Shown in pieces: positions 41,511-54,699 of a stretch of DNA of 64,000 nt. A program made the position numbers and the translations under genes. Every line of letters begins with the position of its first letter. Position 1 is the stretch's first letter. Location: the NCBI RefSeq assembly GCF_964355755.1, contig NC_092673.1, positions 14,418,948 through 14,482,947 of the forward strand, in the 5' to 3' direction. The notes below the pieces were generated by a model. The model searched no databases. It had not been told where the DNA came from and was given only the letters and a program-made list of their open reading frames with translations. This stretch comes from Antedon mediterranea. Taxonomy: Eukaryota > Animalia > Echinodermata.

Positions 41511-41859
41511 CCGATTATTATGTTGACTCGACTGTTTGCTAGCAAGCTGTACACTGTGTATGAATTTCGAAGCTTCGCGGGGTTTGACTATGCAATTTCA
41601 TTCTTCTTTTCACAGGGGCGCGGATAATACCTTGCTGCTATGTTTTGTGTCGCATGCGCGAGCAACAATCCACGTCACACGGACTACAATTTAATAGCCG
41701 GCGGCCGTTTAAAACGGGGATATCGGGCTGGTATTTTCGCTAGAATTTCGATGTACATTTAAATTTTGTTTTATTAACAAAATGATATAATTTTCAGTTT
41801 TATTTGTATGTGATTGTGTTAATTTGATACATTCAAATAACATGTGTGAATTTCTTGAA

Positions 41860-43095
41860 AATCTCCTGTCATCGGCTGTGTTGCATTTCTCTGAATACAA
41901 CAGTTGGTGAACATGTGAATTCTAAGAGCTGTTCACTCATTGCTCCCGTGCAAAATTGTAAAATTCTACTCAAATCAACACCGTCTCACCTGCCAGCTAA
42001 AAGAATGAAAAGAAAAGATTGTTAATGGTAGCCTTGGCTGTAATGTGTGTATGAGTAATCCATGAAAAGGAAATAAAATAATTATGTTGTAACACAAATC
42101 TGACAAATTAAATCAACTATAAAATAGCCTTCCTGCATTCTAGAGTTTGACCCTGCTTCATTTAACTGGTTTCAGCAAATGAGGAATGTGCCTGAAATTC
42201 AAGAGTTCAGGGAATGAAATTCTAAATAAATAAGTGGGTCTTACTGAGCAACTGAAATATAAATACATAGCTACAGTATATCAATTATCAGTTGTTAACC
42301 AAACTCTATGACTTCAAAACTTACCATGAAACTCTAAAAAATAAAAAATGGTTTCATTAATACTGTAAGTTGATAATAATAATATGGTTCATTATGATCA
42401 TACACATTGTCCATCAGTCTGCATCATTGCATTAACTCATTATCATCTTTTTGTATTGTTTAAATAATAATAAATCTTAAATTGAGAACAACATTGACAA
42501 AACAAACTTGTTCTTAATGAAATTAATTTCTTGACATACTAAAGCCTCTCTCGGTTTTATTTGCTTAATACTTTGAACAAGGAGTTGAAGTTTTTATGAC
42601 ACTGTGTCTTTAAATTAATTATTGGAGCAGGGGCAAGCATTCACTTTCAGTCTTTTATCTTATTTAATAGTACAAAAATATGTACCTCAATTAATCCGAA
42701 ACTGTCTAAAAATTTTAACAAATATCTTCTATATTGCTTGGGGCATGTTGGCCAAACATTACGGCCATAAGCTTCTCACCAACAAGTGACGGTGTTGGCC
42801 CGTTTTGAATGAGGCATAGTCCTAAAATTTCCAGTAGAAAAAACAATTCACTTTCACACTTTGTAACCAGGACTTAAATTCAGTAAATAATAAAAAATAT
42901 GATTATGAATGCAGTAATTATCATAAATGCAAAATATACACTTACCCATTACTAAAACCATACAGTAGTACAAATTTATGTTGTTGAAAACATCATTGAT
43001 GATAAGTTCACCATTTTAATCATATATCGCAAAAAATTCCCTTCTAGGGCCTCCAAGATCAATTGCCTTTTCACCCAAGAACTCCACATCTTAAA
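41860..43095 (-). pseudogene. HECT (G2E3-like) E3 ligase fragment
   Basis: VEFLGEKAIDLGGPRREFF, CLIQNGPTPS and ILQFCTGA...P in spliced pieces; second copy at 51445-52020. Confidence 0.7.
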
Positions 43096-43133
43096 ATAAA
43101 CAGTGAAGTTAGGAGTTCTCTCTCTCACATTTC

Positions 43134-45120
43134 TCACCATCTTCAAAAAGAGTGTGGCTTAAAAACAATAGTGTTTATATAGTCTGTTATATGCATCTGT
43201 TAATTTGCACATACAGACGCACTAAAATTTAATCCTACTTGTCAAGATCATTTATCTGAGCTAATTATTATACTGTAATACATAAATTAAAAATATTGTT
43301 CATTTCTCTCTCTCTCTTGTAATACAAAACCAAAACATTGAAATATGGCCATTGTGAATATCTATCAGTGTAATATATTTTGGTAGTTTGAAATTATACC
43401 AATGCACCATATTGCATTGATTATGAGTAGTTATGAAAAATACTATAATATATATTATAATCAAAATAATGATGTCAATTTTGTGTTTTCATAACGTTTT
43501 TGAATTACATTGAATTTGATTTTAAAGGAATTAATAAATAAAACATTTAAAAAATATTATTTGTTTCTGGCACTTATTTGTAAAATTTGTCACTGTGAGA
43601 TACATTTTGTTGCCATGTTTACTTGAAATGCACATCATGACAACACAGTGTTCCCTCAAATTTAAGCCAATTGTTTCTACGGACAGATGGGAAAGTTTTA
43701 TCTCGCTAGGCTAGCCTATCATCAGGTTCTTAGGTTCCTCTCGTTCCGTCTGCTCTCTGTAGGCCTACACACGTACGTACACTAATTAAGTAATTATTGC
43801 TAGGTAAAGAGGGTTTTATTTATGTCAGGTTCGGCGACGGTGATATTCCGTCGGCTTTACGTACAATGTACAGTAAATAGATAAATGATGAAAGTACAAG
43901 TAGATTAAATTCTCATGAGCCGTATGGCCCTTTTATTCATAAGGTAGAACTTACAGATTATAATACAAGGTGCAATACAAGTGGAAGTAATGAAAATATG
44001 GGATAGATGGTCCGAAGAATTGCTAACGTCTTACTCGGTCGAAATCAAAATGAAGAGTGCCAGAGGCCTAGGTTCCTGGATAAGTTGTTTACCACAATTT
44101 AGCGCGTAGTTAAATTAGACGCAGAGTAAAATAGCCAATCAGAACTTATTTTGCCTGCTACATTATAGCAATATAGGATATGTTGTACCTTCTATAGTGT
44201 CTTCTGTTTGTTTCATGTGAAAAAGTCCCCTTAATAATATGAGGTTCTAATGTATTGTATAAAAACTACTTTTTTAATTAGAATAATGTAATGTCAAATA
44301 AAGAAATGAATAAAGAATGGGTCTAACTAAAGCTAAATAATGATAATTACGCCAACTCCAGGGTTTTTTTTAATTGCTTCACAAACACCTTCCATTTCTT
44401 GACCAATGTTATGCGAAATGTAGTTTTTATATTATATTTGTCACCACAGAATGAAGGAAATATCTATTATTTTTCACATTTTTTTTGAGGTGAAATTAAG
44501 TTATGGACAAAACTCACCAGTTCATCAGTAGTAGGATTGATAATACCCAGATTGATTTCTTCCTCTACAGTTTCTTGTAGGTAATAAATATTACTAACAT
44601 CTGCAGCTGTTGCATCATAATTGATCACAGGTGTACAGCAACATTCTTAGCCCACGTCTATTCTATACGACCAGTACTGTGCAACTACTAATCTATCCTG
44701 CTAATTAGCATAACAAGTGATACCGTGTGTGCAAGTGAGCATCCAATCACTACTACTATTGTATTGTAAAAGATCGTAACGTAAAAAACATAAATTTAAC
44801 TTATCTAGTGACAGTCCCTTATCAAGGATAAGGTTAGATTTTTTCCTCTACTTATTACGTTGTGACTGTAGTGATTTAATTTTAGCACACTGAAGGTGTA
44901 TGACATCTTATTTTGCTTATTTAGTATTAATGCTTGCATGTCAGAAAAGTCTAAGTAATAAGATGCCTTTCCTTTTCAAGCAGGGTCCTATCTTAAGCAA
45001 TTCACTACGGACATTAGCTTTCATTGCCTCATTTTCTAAGTTAGATTTTAGTTCTTTAATTATTTTATTAGACTCTTGGTTTTGTTAGGTCATCTATTTT
45101 AGTTTGTTTTTGGGTTTCCC
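43134..45120. repeat. Segmental duplicate of 59064-61133 joined to 63490-64000
   Basis: Near-identical sequence. The junction at about 44630 lies on an AGGT microhomology, and this copy lacks the 59984-60609 insertion. Confidence 0.92.
43823..44162 (-). mobile_element. Possible solo LTR (second copy at about 59693-60662)
   Basis: TGT...ACA ends, with a CCAAT element near one end and minus-strand AATAAA toward the other; no clean TSD. Confidence 0.3.
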
Positions 45121-45750
45121 TTCTTCGAGAATTTCTGATGTTTATATTATTATTAATCTTGCAACTTTCAGTGTACATTAATCTAATGTCTCCTAACTCT
45201 GTATACAACATACAGTATCTCTCTCCTCATCATTTCCCACCCTTTTTTTAACAACAGCAACTCTCTTACTCCATGCTTCAACCTCTTGAAATAATCTTGC
45301 ATTATCTTCCTTATACACTTCCATTTCAACCAAAATATCAGAAAGGTCATTATTGTCATTGTCGGGTGAGGGTTCCACAATCTCCTTCTTTCTCACAACA
45401 AAGACCTCAAAAACATGTACTCTCTTTCCCTTCTCACCCGACAATGGAGCAAGGTCTTTCAATAATGATGTAACACAATGACACATCATGCCATTGCTGT
45501 CAGATGCATCTTTGGGCGCGTTTATACAACACGCTATTACACGCATATTCTACACGCCTACGAGAAGTGTGTTGTATAACAACAAAGAGATTCCGTGTAA
45601 TGAGATTTTAATTGCAAAAAAGGCTACTTGGCTGAATCCTAAAATTTGGTGGATTCCCGGTCGCCGTTACCGTGTTGGAAGTGTCCTCAGGGTATATTTT
45701 GACCTCTCGTTAAAACAGGTCGTAATATCAATCATGTCATGCGACGTTGC
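44640..45750 (-). pseudogene. Probable 5' coiled-coil region of the hAT-like transposase seen at 62600-63450
   Basis: In the other copies this block is contiguous with the SDGT-containing fragment. It has charged coiled-coil-like frames (ORF 45193-45546; copy at 53696-53956). Confidence 0.4.
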
Positions 45751-48169
45751 TAACAAGATTGGGCCCATTTATTGCTGCTTCGCTGCCAGCAATCATCCTC
45801 CTACCACGTCTTACGCCTAGCCTAGTGGGGCCAACTCGTAGTGGTAGTAGGCCTCTATCATTTCCCACTCCAAACAGAATAAAAAATAACATCGCAAAAA
45901 TGGCATCTTCTTCCATAGTGTATAGATGAAACAATGAAACCCTTAAAATAACTTTTATTAATTTAAATGAAACGAGAACAAAATAAACACAATGCAAACG
46001 TGAACGAAGACAATAATGAAAATGGTAAAAACCGCGCGAATACATCGGACATACAGCGAGGAGGCGACGATGATTGTTGACAACTCCGCCAATTCAAGCG
46101 ATCAACGATTTGACCTTTTATCCTAGCATGCACTGCGTGTTGATGAAACTTCCGGTACAACACGGTATCGTGATTTCTAGTATAACAGCAAACGTTAAGG
46201 TGGGTTGACCTCGGTCCGAACAACACGCTAAAAATTAAAGCCGTGTTCAAATTTAGGGTGTTGTATAAACACGACCTTTGTCTTCATCGAAGAAAGTTGA
46301 AATTAATTTGAACATGTGGGTATACTTGTTACCACCCCGACCTCAACATTCTTCCTTTACTACCCTATACAAATCCAGGACCACCCCATTAGGTAGGTTA
46401 TCTACACTAACCCTAGGTGCTTTACCTTTAATTACATTCATTATCAACTCTTTGGTAAGATTTAAATTATTAATCTTTATTAGGATAGAAACAATGAACT
46501 ACTTCATGTTCCTTATCACTAGATACTGATTTAAGAACTAGTAGCCGTTTAAAGTTACGGTATGCTGGCTTACCTAGCAATTACCCCATTCTCACAATCT
46601 AGCCTAACTAAGGCATCGAAGGCATGGTCAGATTACCCTGCAGTTCCCCTGAGCTTAAAAACCCTTTAATTAAATCTAGAATATTCCTAACTAAACCATA
46701 CGTAAACCCTATCTACGCCAACATACCAGTTATCTAATGCTTCCCTATGAGAATAAACTGTTAAATATCTAAAATCGACATTATTTTAATAATATTATTT
46801 ATTTTATTTCTAGGCCTAACTAAATAATAGCACACGAAAAGGCAGGGATAACTTCCTTTGAGGTTTTTCCGTCTTTTTGATGTGCGCTTAACCAATCACA
46901 GCTATTCTTCAAAATTATTCAACCAGGAAAAATATAATGCGAGTGATATTACTGAAATTCAGGTTTAAAAAAAAAATATATCATTTTTAACAAATGAAAT
47001 AGTAATCTCTTGTTAATAATATACAGTACTGAATTATTTTATTTGGCCTGAGAATCTGGTCAATTAGAAGCAAAACCGTATTTCTAAAACATTGATTGAA
47101 GCATATTGAAGGAAATAGATGCTTCTAAATGATTTATTGTTTATATCCTAATTAATTCTGCATTAACAAACTCCCTATGCTACAACGTTACAATGTGCGT
47201 GCTGATCATTTCCGGCAGCCTCTGTTTATATGCCTTCGTACCGCTGGCGAGAGTGAACATCTTGAACTTCTATTAGCAGGTTTCCATAGTGTGGAGTAAA
47301 CAAATCACAAACGATGTCTAAATATGGTCATCATTGTGTGCATAGTAGCTAATTTTGTTTTTTCGTTTTTTAACGAAATTTTCGTTATCCAACCAATTAT
47401 CCAAACCACCCAATTTATGTCATCAGAAATCGACTGAAACAACCTATTATACATGGCCCTTGGCGCCCCCCCCCCCCTGGGCCCCCAGCCTAATGTTCTC
47501 CTGAAACCACATCCTCATCAAGGGTGAAAGAAAAAACTTTAATTCAGTAGATGTTACCCTTCAATTTCTTTATGTTTTTTTGCCTTCTTTTCAGAAATGC
47601 ACTTTCTGAGAGATTTGTTCAGGCCTTTGCAAGCATCTTTGGTCTTGTACATCATTGCAAGCGAAACAGATTTCGATTCATAGATAGAAATGTAGTCCAA
47701 TATCTTCGCAAAGGAGCGCAGGTAGTGCCTTAAAGTTGAGCCATGCAGCCAACTTCATTTGTAAATGGCTAACAGCACTAAACAATTGAAAAGAAGAGTA
47801 CAATACACAAAAATCAAATATTAAAATATGTAATATCTTCATTATAGTAATTAAGATCGAGTGATTCATGGTAGCTTCACCAGATAGCAGGCACAATAAA
47901 TACATTAACCTTACAATCTATAGCTGACATTTAAGATAACTTTTTATTTTAATACTAAATGAAATATGATTATGTATGACTGTCCAGTTTTGTTTTGAGC
48001 TGTTCATTCCTTATTACAATATTGCGGCACTTGTCATGTGACAAGTCATCATCTTTTTGTTTAGATGATGGTTTGTCACCCCTTTGCTTGCCTGGATGGT
48101 CAATTTTGACACTTGAATTGGCTTGTTTGGGCTTAACTTTTTTGTTGTGAAAATGTTATGAAATACTCC

Positions 48170-49022
48170 TCCAGGTAACTAAAAATCAGCAATTTGATGT
48201 TTGGGATCTGAGCAACTGCAATTTCTTTCAAAGTTAGTCCCTCATTCCTGCTTGAGTGAAATAACAGGTCTTCATTGCTCGTCTATATCTCTATCGCATA
48301 GTAAGTCTTTTTGTGTGGCTCTCATTTTCTTCTCTGATGGGATGCCAGGGAGTACATATCTGTATTTGAATAGGTATTTTATTAGCATCCAAGATATACA
48401 ATATATGCAGGAAGCTTTTTATAATACTTATTGAATGTTATTACCTTCTTATTTTTAGGAGTTGTTTCCAGACAAGGTTTGCATTGCTCGTCAATGTCTT
48501 TCTCTGTAGACAGCTTTTGAGGTTGTGTCACACCAGCTGCTTTCAGAGTCTTTTGCGGTCTTTTCACTTTTTCATTGCAAATTAAACAGTTATACATATT
48601 GTTTACACATGAAATGCAAAATATGTGTGCGCATTGTGCCAGCGCTGCCATTAATTAAAATATTTAAGCACAATTTGCATGAATAAATATCGGCTTCATC
48701 AAGGTTGTCAATGACAAAGTTAGAATTAGGAGATTTGTCATCTAAATTGAAGGGTTTTAATTTCTTCTGCCGATTGGTTGTTGTTCACGAAAGAGGAAAC
48801 ATGTAATGCAAGTGGTTGAATGATGACAAAAATTTAACTTTCAATCTACTATCTCTTGAACCCTGTGTATGTTATTAATAATTTTTAGGATTTACCTCTG
48901 ACTGCAAGTGGTTTATACTGGCTGTTGTTTTAACTTGATTTCGCCTTTCATTTTCTACAATTTTCTTTCTACATACACAGCAAATTGCTTGCAATGCAGT
49001 CAAATGAAAAGAATTATCCATT
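48170..49022 (-). pseudogene. RAG1-N-terminus-like (Chapa zinc finger plus RING) transposase remnant, Chapaev/N-RAG-TP type
   Basis: MDNSFHLTALQAICCVCRKK..., NFCHHSTTCITC, then RING YSCKLCLNIL--AQCAHIFCISC...CLIC; the next exon reads PSEKKMRATQKDLL...LKEIAVAQIPN. Confidence 0.6.
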
Positions 49023-49339
49023 TTATGATAGCGCGACCTAAACTTGCCAAATCACTGCAGCGCACAAAAGACTGTCTACAGCATATCACTACACGGTCGT
49101 TTGTCGATCGCCTTCAAATGATGATGTTTTAAAGAAAAACTGATAAAGAAAAAAAGAATATTTAATCTCAATTGCCTTTTCAAACTAATTCCAATGAAAT
49201 AATATAACCCAAAATAATAAAAGTATCAAACCAAATATTAAAATAGTCACATACCTTTGTTTTGGCCAACAATGAAATCATTCACTGTATCGACCAAACA
49301 GTTTCTAACGGTGATAAATTTTCCCAGTTCTACTGTCTG

Positions 49340-50330
49340 CTTTTTCTTTAACGATGGTTGAATTTTGCATGTATCAACTCCCCACTTTGCTCAGCTAGAA
49401 GAAAATACCCACCATCCATTCTCCCATAAATTCAATGGCAGGGTGTTCAAGCATCTTCAGGGATGATGATCGAGGAGATCAAAAGAAATCTGCTCTGTAT
49501 CACTCAATTCCTGGAATTTACGGGAATGTAATGGTATGATTTGATCTTTGAAAATCTTTTGAAATAGGAAAGGTGCGTGTCCCAGTTATAAACTGGGACA
49601 AAGGTGTTTCCCTTCTCATCCCCAACTAGTCAGTCTGGTCCAAATTTTTGTATGACCTACAGGTAAAAAAGGTATGTTATTTTTGTTTTGTTCTGCACAG
49701 TTGTCTGCATGAAGGTGGACATGATTTTCTTCCAGGCCATAGTTATTAAAAAAATGATGTAAATAACAGATAAAGGAGTGAGTAGTGGTAAAGGGGCAAC
49801 TCACTACTTCATCTGTCAATTTAAATAACTTGGCAGGGTAATCACTCTGCCGTGATACTAAATATATGGCATTTTGTGGGTTTTTAAAGTAAATAAGTCC
49901 GGGTTAAAAGAGGTTTGAAGGGTAGTGGACTTGCTGGGCAAATCATAACCATTATGAAAGATTCTTGGTGAGTGGGGTCTTTTTTCATATTTTAGTGTAA
50001 CTGAGATTGTTGGCATGCTGCTCTATAAATGTCTGTCTCCTTCAGGTGTCTTGAATTCTCAGTTCTTGGGTTTGTCATGCTTGTGAAGGTTAATGAAAAT
50101 AAAATTATTGATTATATTTATTTTAGGACTGAATTTATTTTGAAAGTGATGAAATTGTTGTTTTTATGGCTTGTCCAGCAACAATTGTCGCCATAACCTT
50201 TGGAATGTTGATGGGGCGATTTGAAGTCCGGGAGCTGCTGCCCTGAAGGTTCTCCATACTGATGCCTTCGTCATTGAAGTCTCCAACAGTTTCACTTCTG
50301 CAGACTTTATTCCTGGTATTCGGCCTGGCT
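49340..50330 (-). pseudogene. Sola (Sola2-like) transposase fragments
   Basis: FAQQVHYPSN, YLHHFFNNYGLEENHVHLHADNCAEQNKN and FLPVGHTK; N-terminal piece PGRIPG..VKLLETSMTKASVWRTF at 50230-50330. Confidence 0.75.
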
Positions 50331-50399
50331 GCAAAATTTAACAGAAAACGAAAAAACAACTTTTTGAGGTTTTTCCCTTTCCTTCCACCTAGAATTAAA

Positions 50400-50760
50400 T
50401 TCAGTTTCATCCGTGCTTCTCTTTCTTGCCTATCTAGCTCAAATTTCTGCTTTTCCAATTCTAACTGACCTTTTAATTTTAAATAATCGCTCACATTGTT
50501 GCCCCTATTCCCTTCATTTCTTTCTTCATCAGGCTTTGGTGGTGCTCTAAACTCTCTTTTTCAACTTTTTATGCTTTTCTAATCATTCTCCTTTTCCATT
50601 TCAACCATAATTGACTATCTCTGTAAGTAAAACTTAGGATGCCCATGAGCTCCAGGAGGATCTTGAGGCATTGTCCCGGTGGTCATCCCTGACCCTGAAA
50701 GAGAACCCTTTTAAATTAATTGCGAGTATATCACCAAGCCTCATTATTGTTTGCTGGTTG
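50400..50760 (-). pseudogene. Possible Harbinger-associated Myb/SANT-like protein fragment
   Basis: DYLKLKGQLELEKQKFELDRQEREAR coiled-coil tail resembles these accessory proteins; weak support. Confidence 0.35.
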
Positions 50761-50997
50761 AACCAAAATTTCGGTATAATTCGCCCTATTCTCTCTCTCT
50801 CGATAACCTTGCACCGCGATAAAGTTTTTTTTTTTTTTCTTCGCGACGAATCCTAAGCCTGCTAAGAGGAGGCTTAGAATCTTAGAATCACACCAATTAC
50901 CGTACTGGAGAGTATCAAGAACTGCTAGATCAATATATTTTTTCTAACTAAAACAATGAATAAAAAAAAAAAAAATACATGTACATACTGTAACTCA

Positions 50998-51350
50998 CCC
51001 AGATCTCCTTCCGATCATAACGAACTGCAATTATTAAAATCCAATTCATATTCTCCAATCATTTGATCAGTAAACCGAACAATTGTCACGGCTTTTCCAT
51101 CTGGAATATCCTCTATGTTAACAAACGATGTCCTTAACTACAAAAGGTTTAGTTGAAATGTAAAGGTCTAATTTTTAAGGCACAATAATATCTAAAATAA
51201 GTTAAAATAATTTGAAAAGGAAAACAACATTTAGTGGTTTCATCGACTTTAATATAACGACAAACGTTATCAATTGTTTTAAACTGCGATGTCTGTAGTT
51301 TTATCCATTAGAATGCCGAAGGCAATACTTTTCCTGATATCTCCAATTAC
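50998..51350 (-). pseudogene. hAT (ZNF862-like) transposase fragment
   Basis: DIRKSIAFGILMDKTTDIAV*KQLI..RY and RTSFVNIEDIPDGKAVTIV in two exons. Confidence 0.65.
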
Positions 51351-51444
51351 TTTGTCAGAAATTACCTGCGTGATTGCAGTAAGGAATTCTTGTAGAGCCC
51401 TTTCTGATGTGTAGTGCACATTCCCTCCCTAAACGCAAGAAGTA

Positions 51445-54303
51445 AAATTAATTTCTTGAAATACTAAAGCCTCTCTCGGTTTTATTTGCTTAATATTTTG
51501 AGTTTGAGTTGAAGTTTTTATGACACTGTGTCTTTAAATTAATTATTGGAGCGGGGGAAAGCATTCACTTTCAGTCTTTTATCCTATTTAATAATACAAA
51601 AATATGTACCTCAATTAATCCGAAACTGTCTGAACCCTTCAACAAATTTTCTTATATATTGCTTGGGGCATGTTGGCCAAACATTACGGCCATCAGCTTC
51701 TCACCAACAAGTGACAGTGTTGGTCCGTTTTGAATGAGGCATAGTCCTAAAAGTTCCAGTAGAAAAAACAATTCACTTTCACACTTTGTACCAGGACTAA
51801 AATTCAGTAAATCATAAAAAATATGATTATGAATGCAGTAATTATCATAAATGCAAAGTATACACTTACCCATTACTAAACCCATACAGTAGTACAAATT
51901 TATGTTGTTGAAAACATCATTGATGATAAGCTCACCATTTTAATCATATACAGCCCGCTAACATCGCAGAAATTCCCTTCTAGGGCCTCCGAGATCAACT
52001 GCCTGTTCACCCAAGAACTCAAACTCTAAATGAACAGTAAAGTTAGGAGTAAGGAGTTATTCTCTCTCACTTTCAAGCTTTCGTTAGCTTGATCGGCAAG
52101 ACCCACCAGAAAGTGAAGGCCGCAAAACAATGATTTTGTTTAGCCAGTTTAACCTGTTCCCGTTTGTTTGACTTATCTCACCCAATAATGACATTGGGCA
52201 ACACCCCTTCCCCTATGCTCCTATTAAACTTATGCTGTGTTGAGCACCTATCACTTACCACATTCTTAACACAAGCAACTATCCTCTCCACGCCTTATCT
52301 GCCATTATCCATCTGTGCTCACCAACTTATCCAAAATATCTTTCAGCACATCCACAGCCGATTCAGCTAACGAAGGCTGTTTCCTTTACCCCAAAGTAGT
52401 GCTTTGTTGTTAAGATTTACATCATAAGCAAGGTAATGATGTCCAAATTTTGTTGTCATCACTGCACAAAGTGGTGTTAGAACTACCACCATCATCCAAC
52501 AGTTCATCTATAATATGTAAATGAGCAAGAGCTCCGGCTTCAAGAAACATCACTTGCAAACAATTTTTTGGCAAGCGAGTAGCCTTCATCCCTTCCATTT
52601 TTTAAGGACCATTCGCACATTTGCTTCCACATTACGGATGCCTACAGTATACCTAGTTTAAGGAGATCTACATAATATACATCCCTTACATTATTTGTGT
52701 ATTTACCCTCCTGAAAAGTTTCTAAGTTATGGTCAACTGTGACCCTATTTAAACTTTCCTCTAACTCTAATCTGGTGTTCTCTAGAACACTTATGTTAGC
52801 ATTTAATTATTTTAAGTCCCTCTCATGATACTACTGCCCAACACAAACACAAACTAGTAATTTAATAGTCCAACAAATACAGTTCGTTACAAACGGATAT
52901 ATTATTGCACAATAACAGTCCATGTGACTCTGTCCGTGTACTTTGGCGCTCACAAGGATTTGTTCCACAGTGTTTCAGTGCTGCAATGATCACTAGAAGA
53001 CTTTATCTTTGACATGCCTCTACACTACTTCTTTTACAAATAACTTTATACAGAGATCAGCTTCTCCTCTGACCATGGTTGTTCTTTCTCCACTTGGGCT
53101 TATTTGAGTGCACAACTTTAATACCTGTAGCATAAGCTACCTTTTATTTACGTACTCTGAATAATGTGCCTTAGCTAAGGTGTACAGCAACATTCTTAGC
53201 CCACATCTATTCTATATGACCAGTACTGTGCAACTAAACCCATGGTATAACATTCTATCCTGCTAATTAGCATAACAAGTGTTACCGTATGTGCAAGTGA
53301 GCATCCAATCGAGGTTGCCACTTGTTATATACATAAAGATAAAGAGTGTTCTGCACTAATTAACTTCTATTGTATTGTAAAAAGAACGTAACTGAAAAAC
53401 ATAAATTTAACTTATCTCGTGACAGTCTCTTATCAAGGATATGGTTAGATTTTTTTCTTTACTTATTAGGTTGTGACTGTAGTGATTTAATTTTAGTACA
53501 CTGAAGGTTATACATCTTCTAATTTAGTTTGCTTATTTAATATTATGCTTGCATTTCAGAAAAGTCTAAGGAATAAGTTGCCTTTCTTTTTCAGGCAGTG
53601 TCCTTCCTATCTTCTTTAAGCCCTTCTTTGGGAATTTTTGAAGTTTAGATTATTATTAATCTCGCAATTTTCAGTGTACATTAATCTAATGTCTCCTAAT
53701 TCTGTATACAACATACAGTATCTCTATCCTCATCATTTCCCACCCTTTCTTTAACAGCAGCAACTTTCTTACTCCATGCTTCAACCTCTTCAAATAATTT
53801 TGCATTATCTTCCTTATACACTTCCATTTCACCCAAAATCTCAGAAAGGTCATTACTGTCATTGTCGGGTGAGGGTTGCACAATCTCCTTCTTTCTCACA
53901 ACAAAGACCTTAAAAACATGTACTCTCTTTCCTCTTCTCACCCGACAATGGAGCAAGGTCTTTCAATAATGATGTAACACAATGACACATCATGCCATCG
54001 CTGTCAGAAAGTTGAAATTAATTTGAACATGTGAGTATACTTGTTACCACCTCGACCTCAACATTCCTCCTTTACTACCCTATACAAATCCAGGACCACC
54101 CCATTAGATAGGTTATCTATACTAACCCTAGGTGCTACACCCTCCCCCTTTAATTACATTAATTATCAACTCTTTGGTAAGATTTAAATTACTTAAGAGT
54201 CTTTATTAGGATAGAAACAATGAACTACTTCATGTTCCTTCACTAGATACTGATTTAAGAACTAGCCATTTAAAGTTACGGTATGCTGGCTTACCTAGCG
54301 ATT
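51445..54303. repeat. Mosaic duplicate of 42520-43130, 62541-63880, 45130-45503 and 46292-46585
   Basis: Direct block-by-block similarity, with junctions at about 52070 and 54005 on short microhomologies. Confidence 0.88.
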
Positions 54304-54699
54304 GCACAAGAGATGTCTTTTCTTCTCTTTGAGGAGCTCTTTTCAATGCCTTGTTTAAATGAAAAAATAGTTCATTCATTTATTTCATCAAATGCCATAC
54401 AAATAATACAGAGCATAAAATGAGGACAAACCTAGAAGTAAACTTGTCTCAGTTTGCCCTTTAACATGGATACAAAAATAATAAGAACAAGTAAAAATAA
54501 TGAAGCATCAGTAATATATAATACAATGAAGGGTTTAATATTTAAATAAAAGAAAATTCTTTCTTAAATTGAACAAAATGTTTGATTTTTTTTATATTAA
54601 TAGGAAGTTTGTTCCTTTGAGTGGGGCCTTAGCTGTTTTTGTGATGTGTTACATAGTGTATGTTTCAGTATATATGTAAATACTCCATGGTAAAGTTTA

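Noticed and set aside
46290-46790. Coding-like minus-strand fragment (also 1310-1585)
   Set aside because: The composition suggests decayed coding sequence, but no motif could be recognised.
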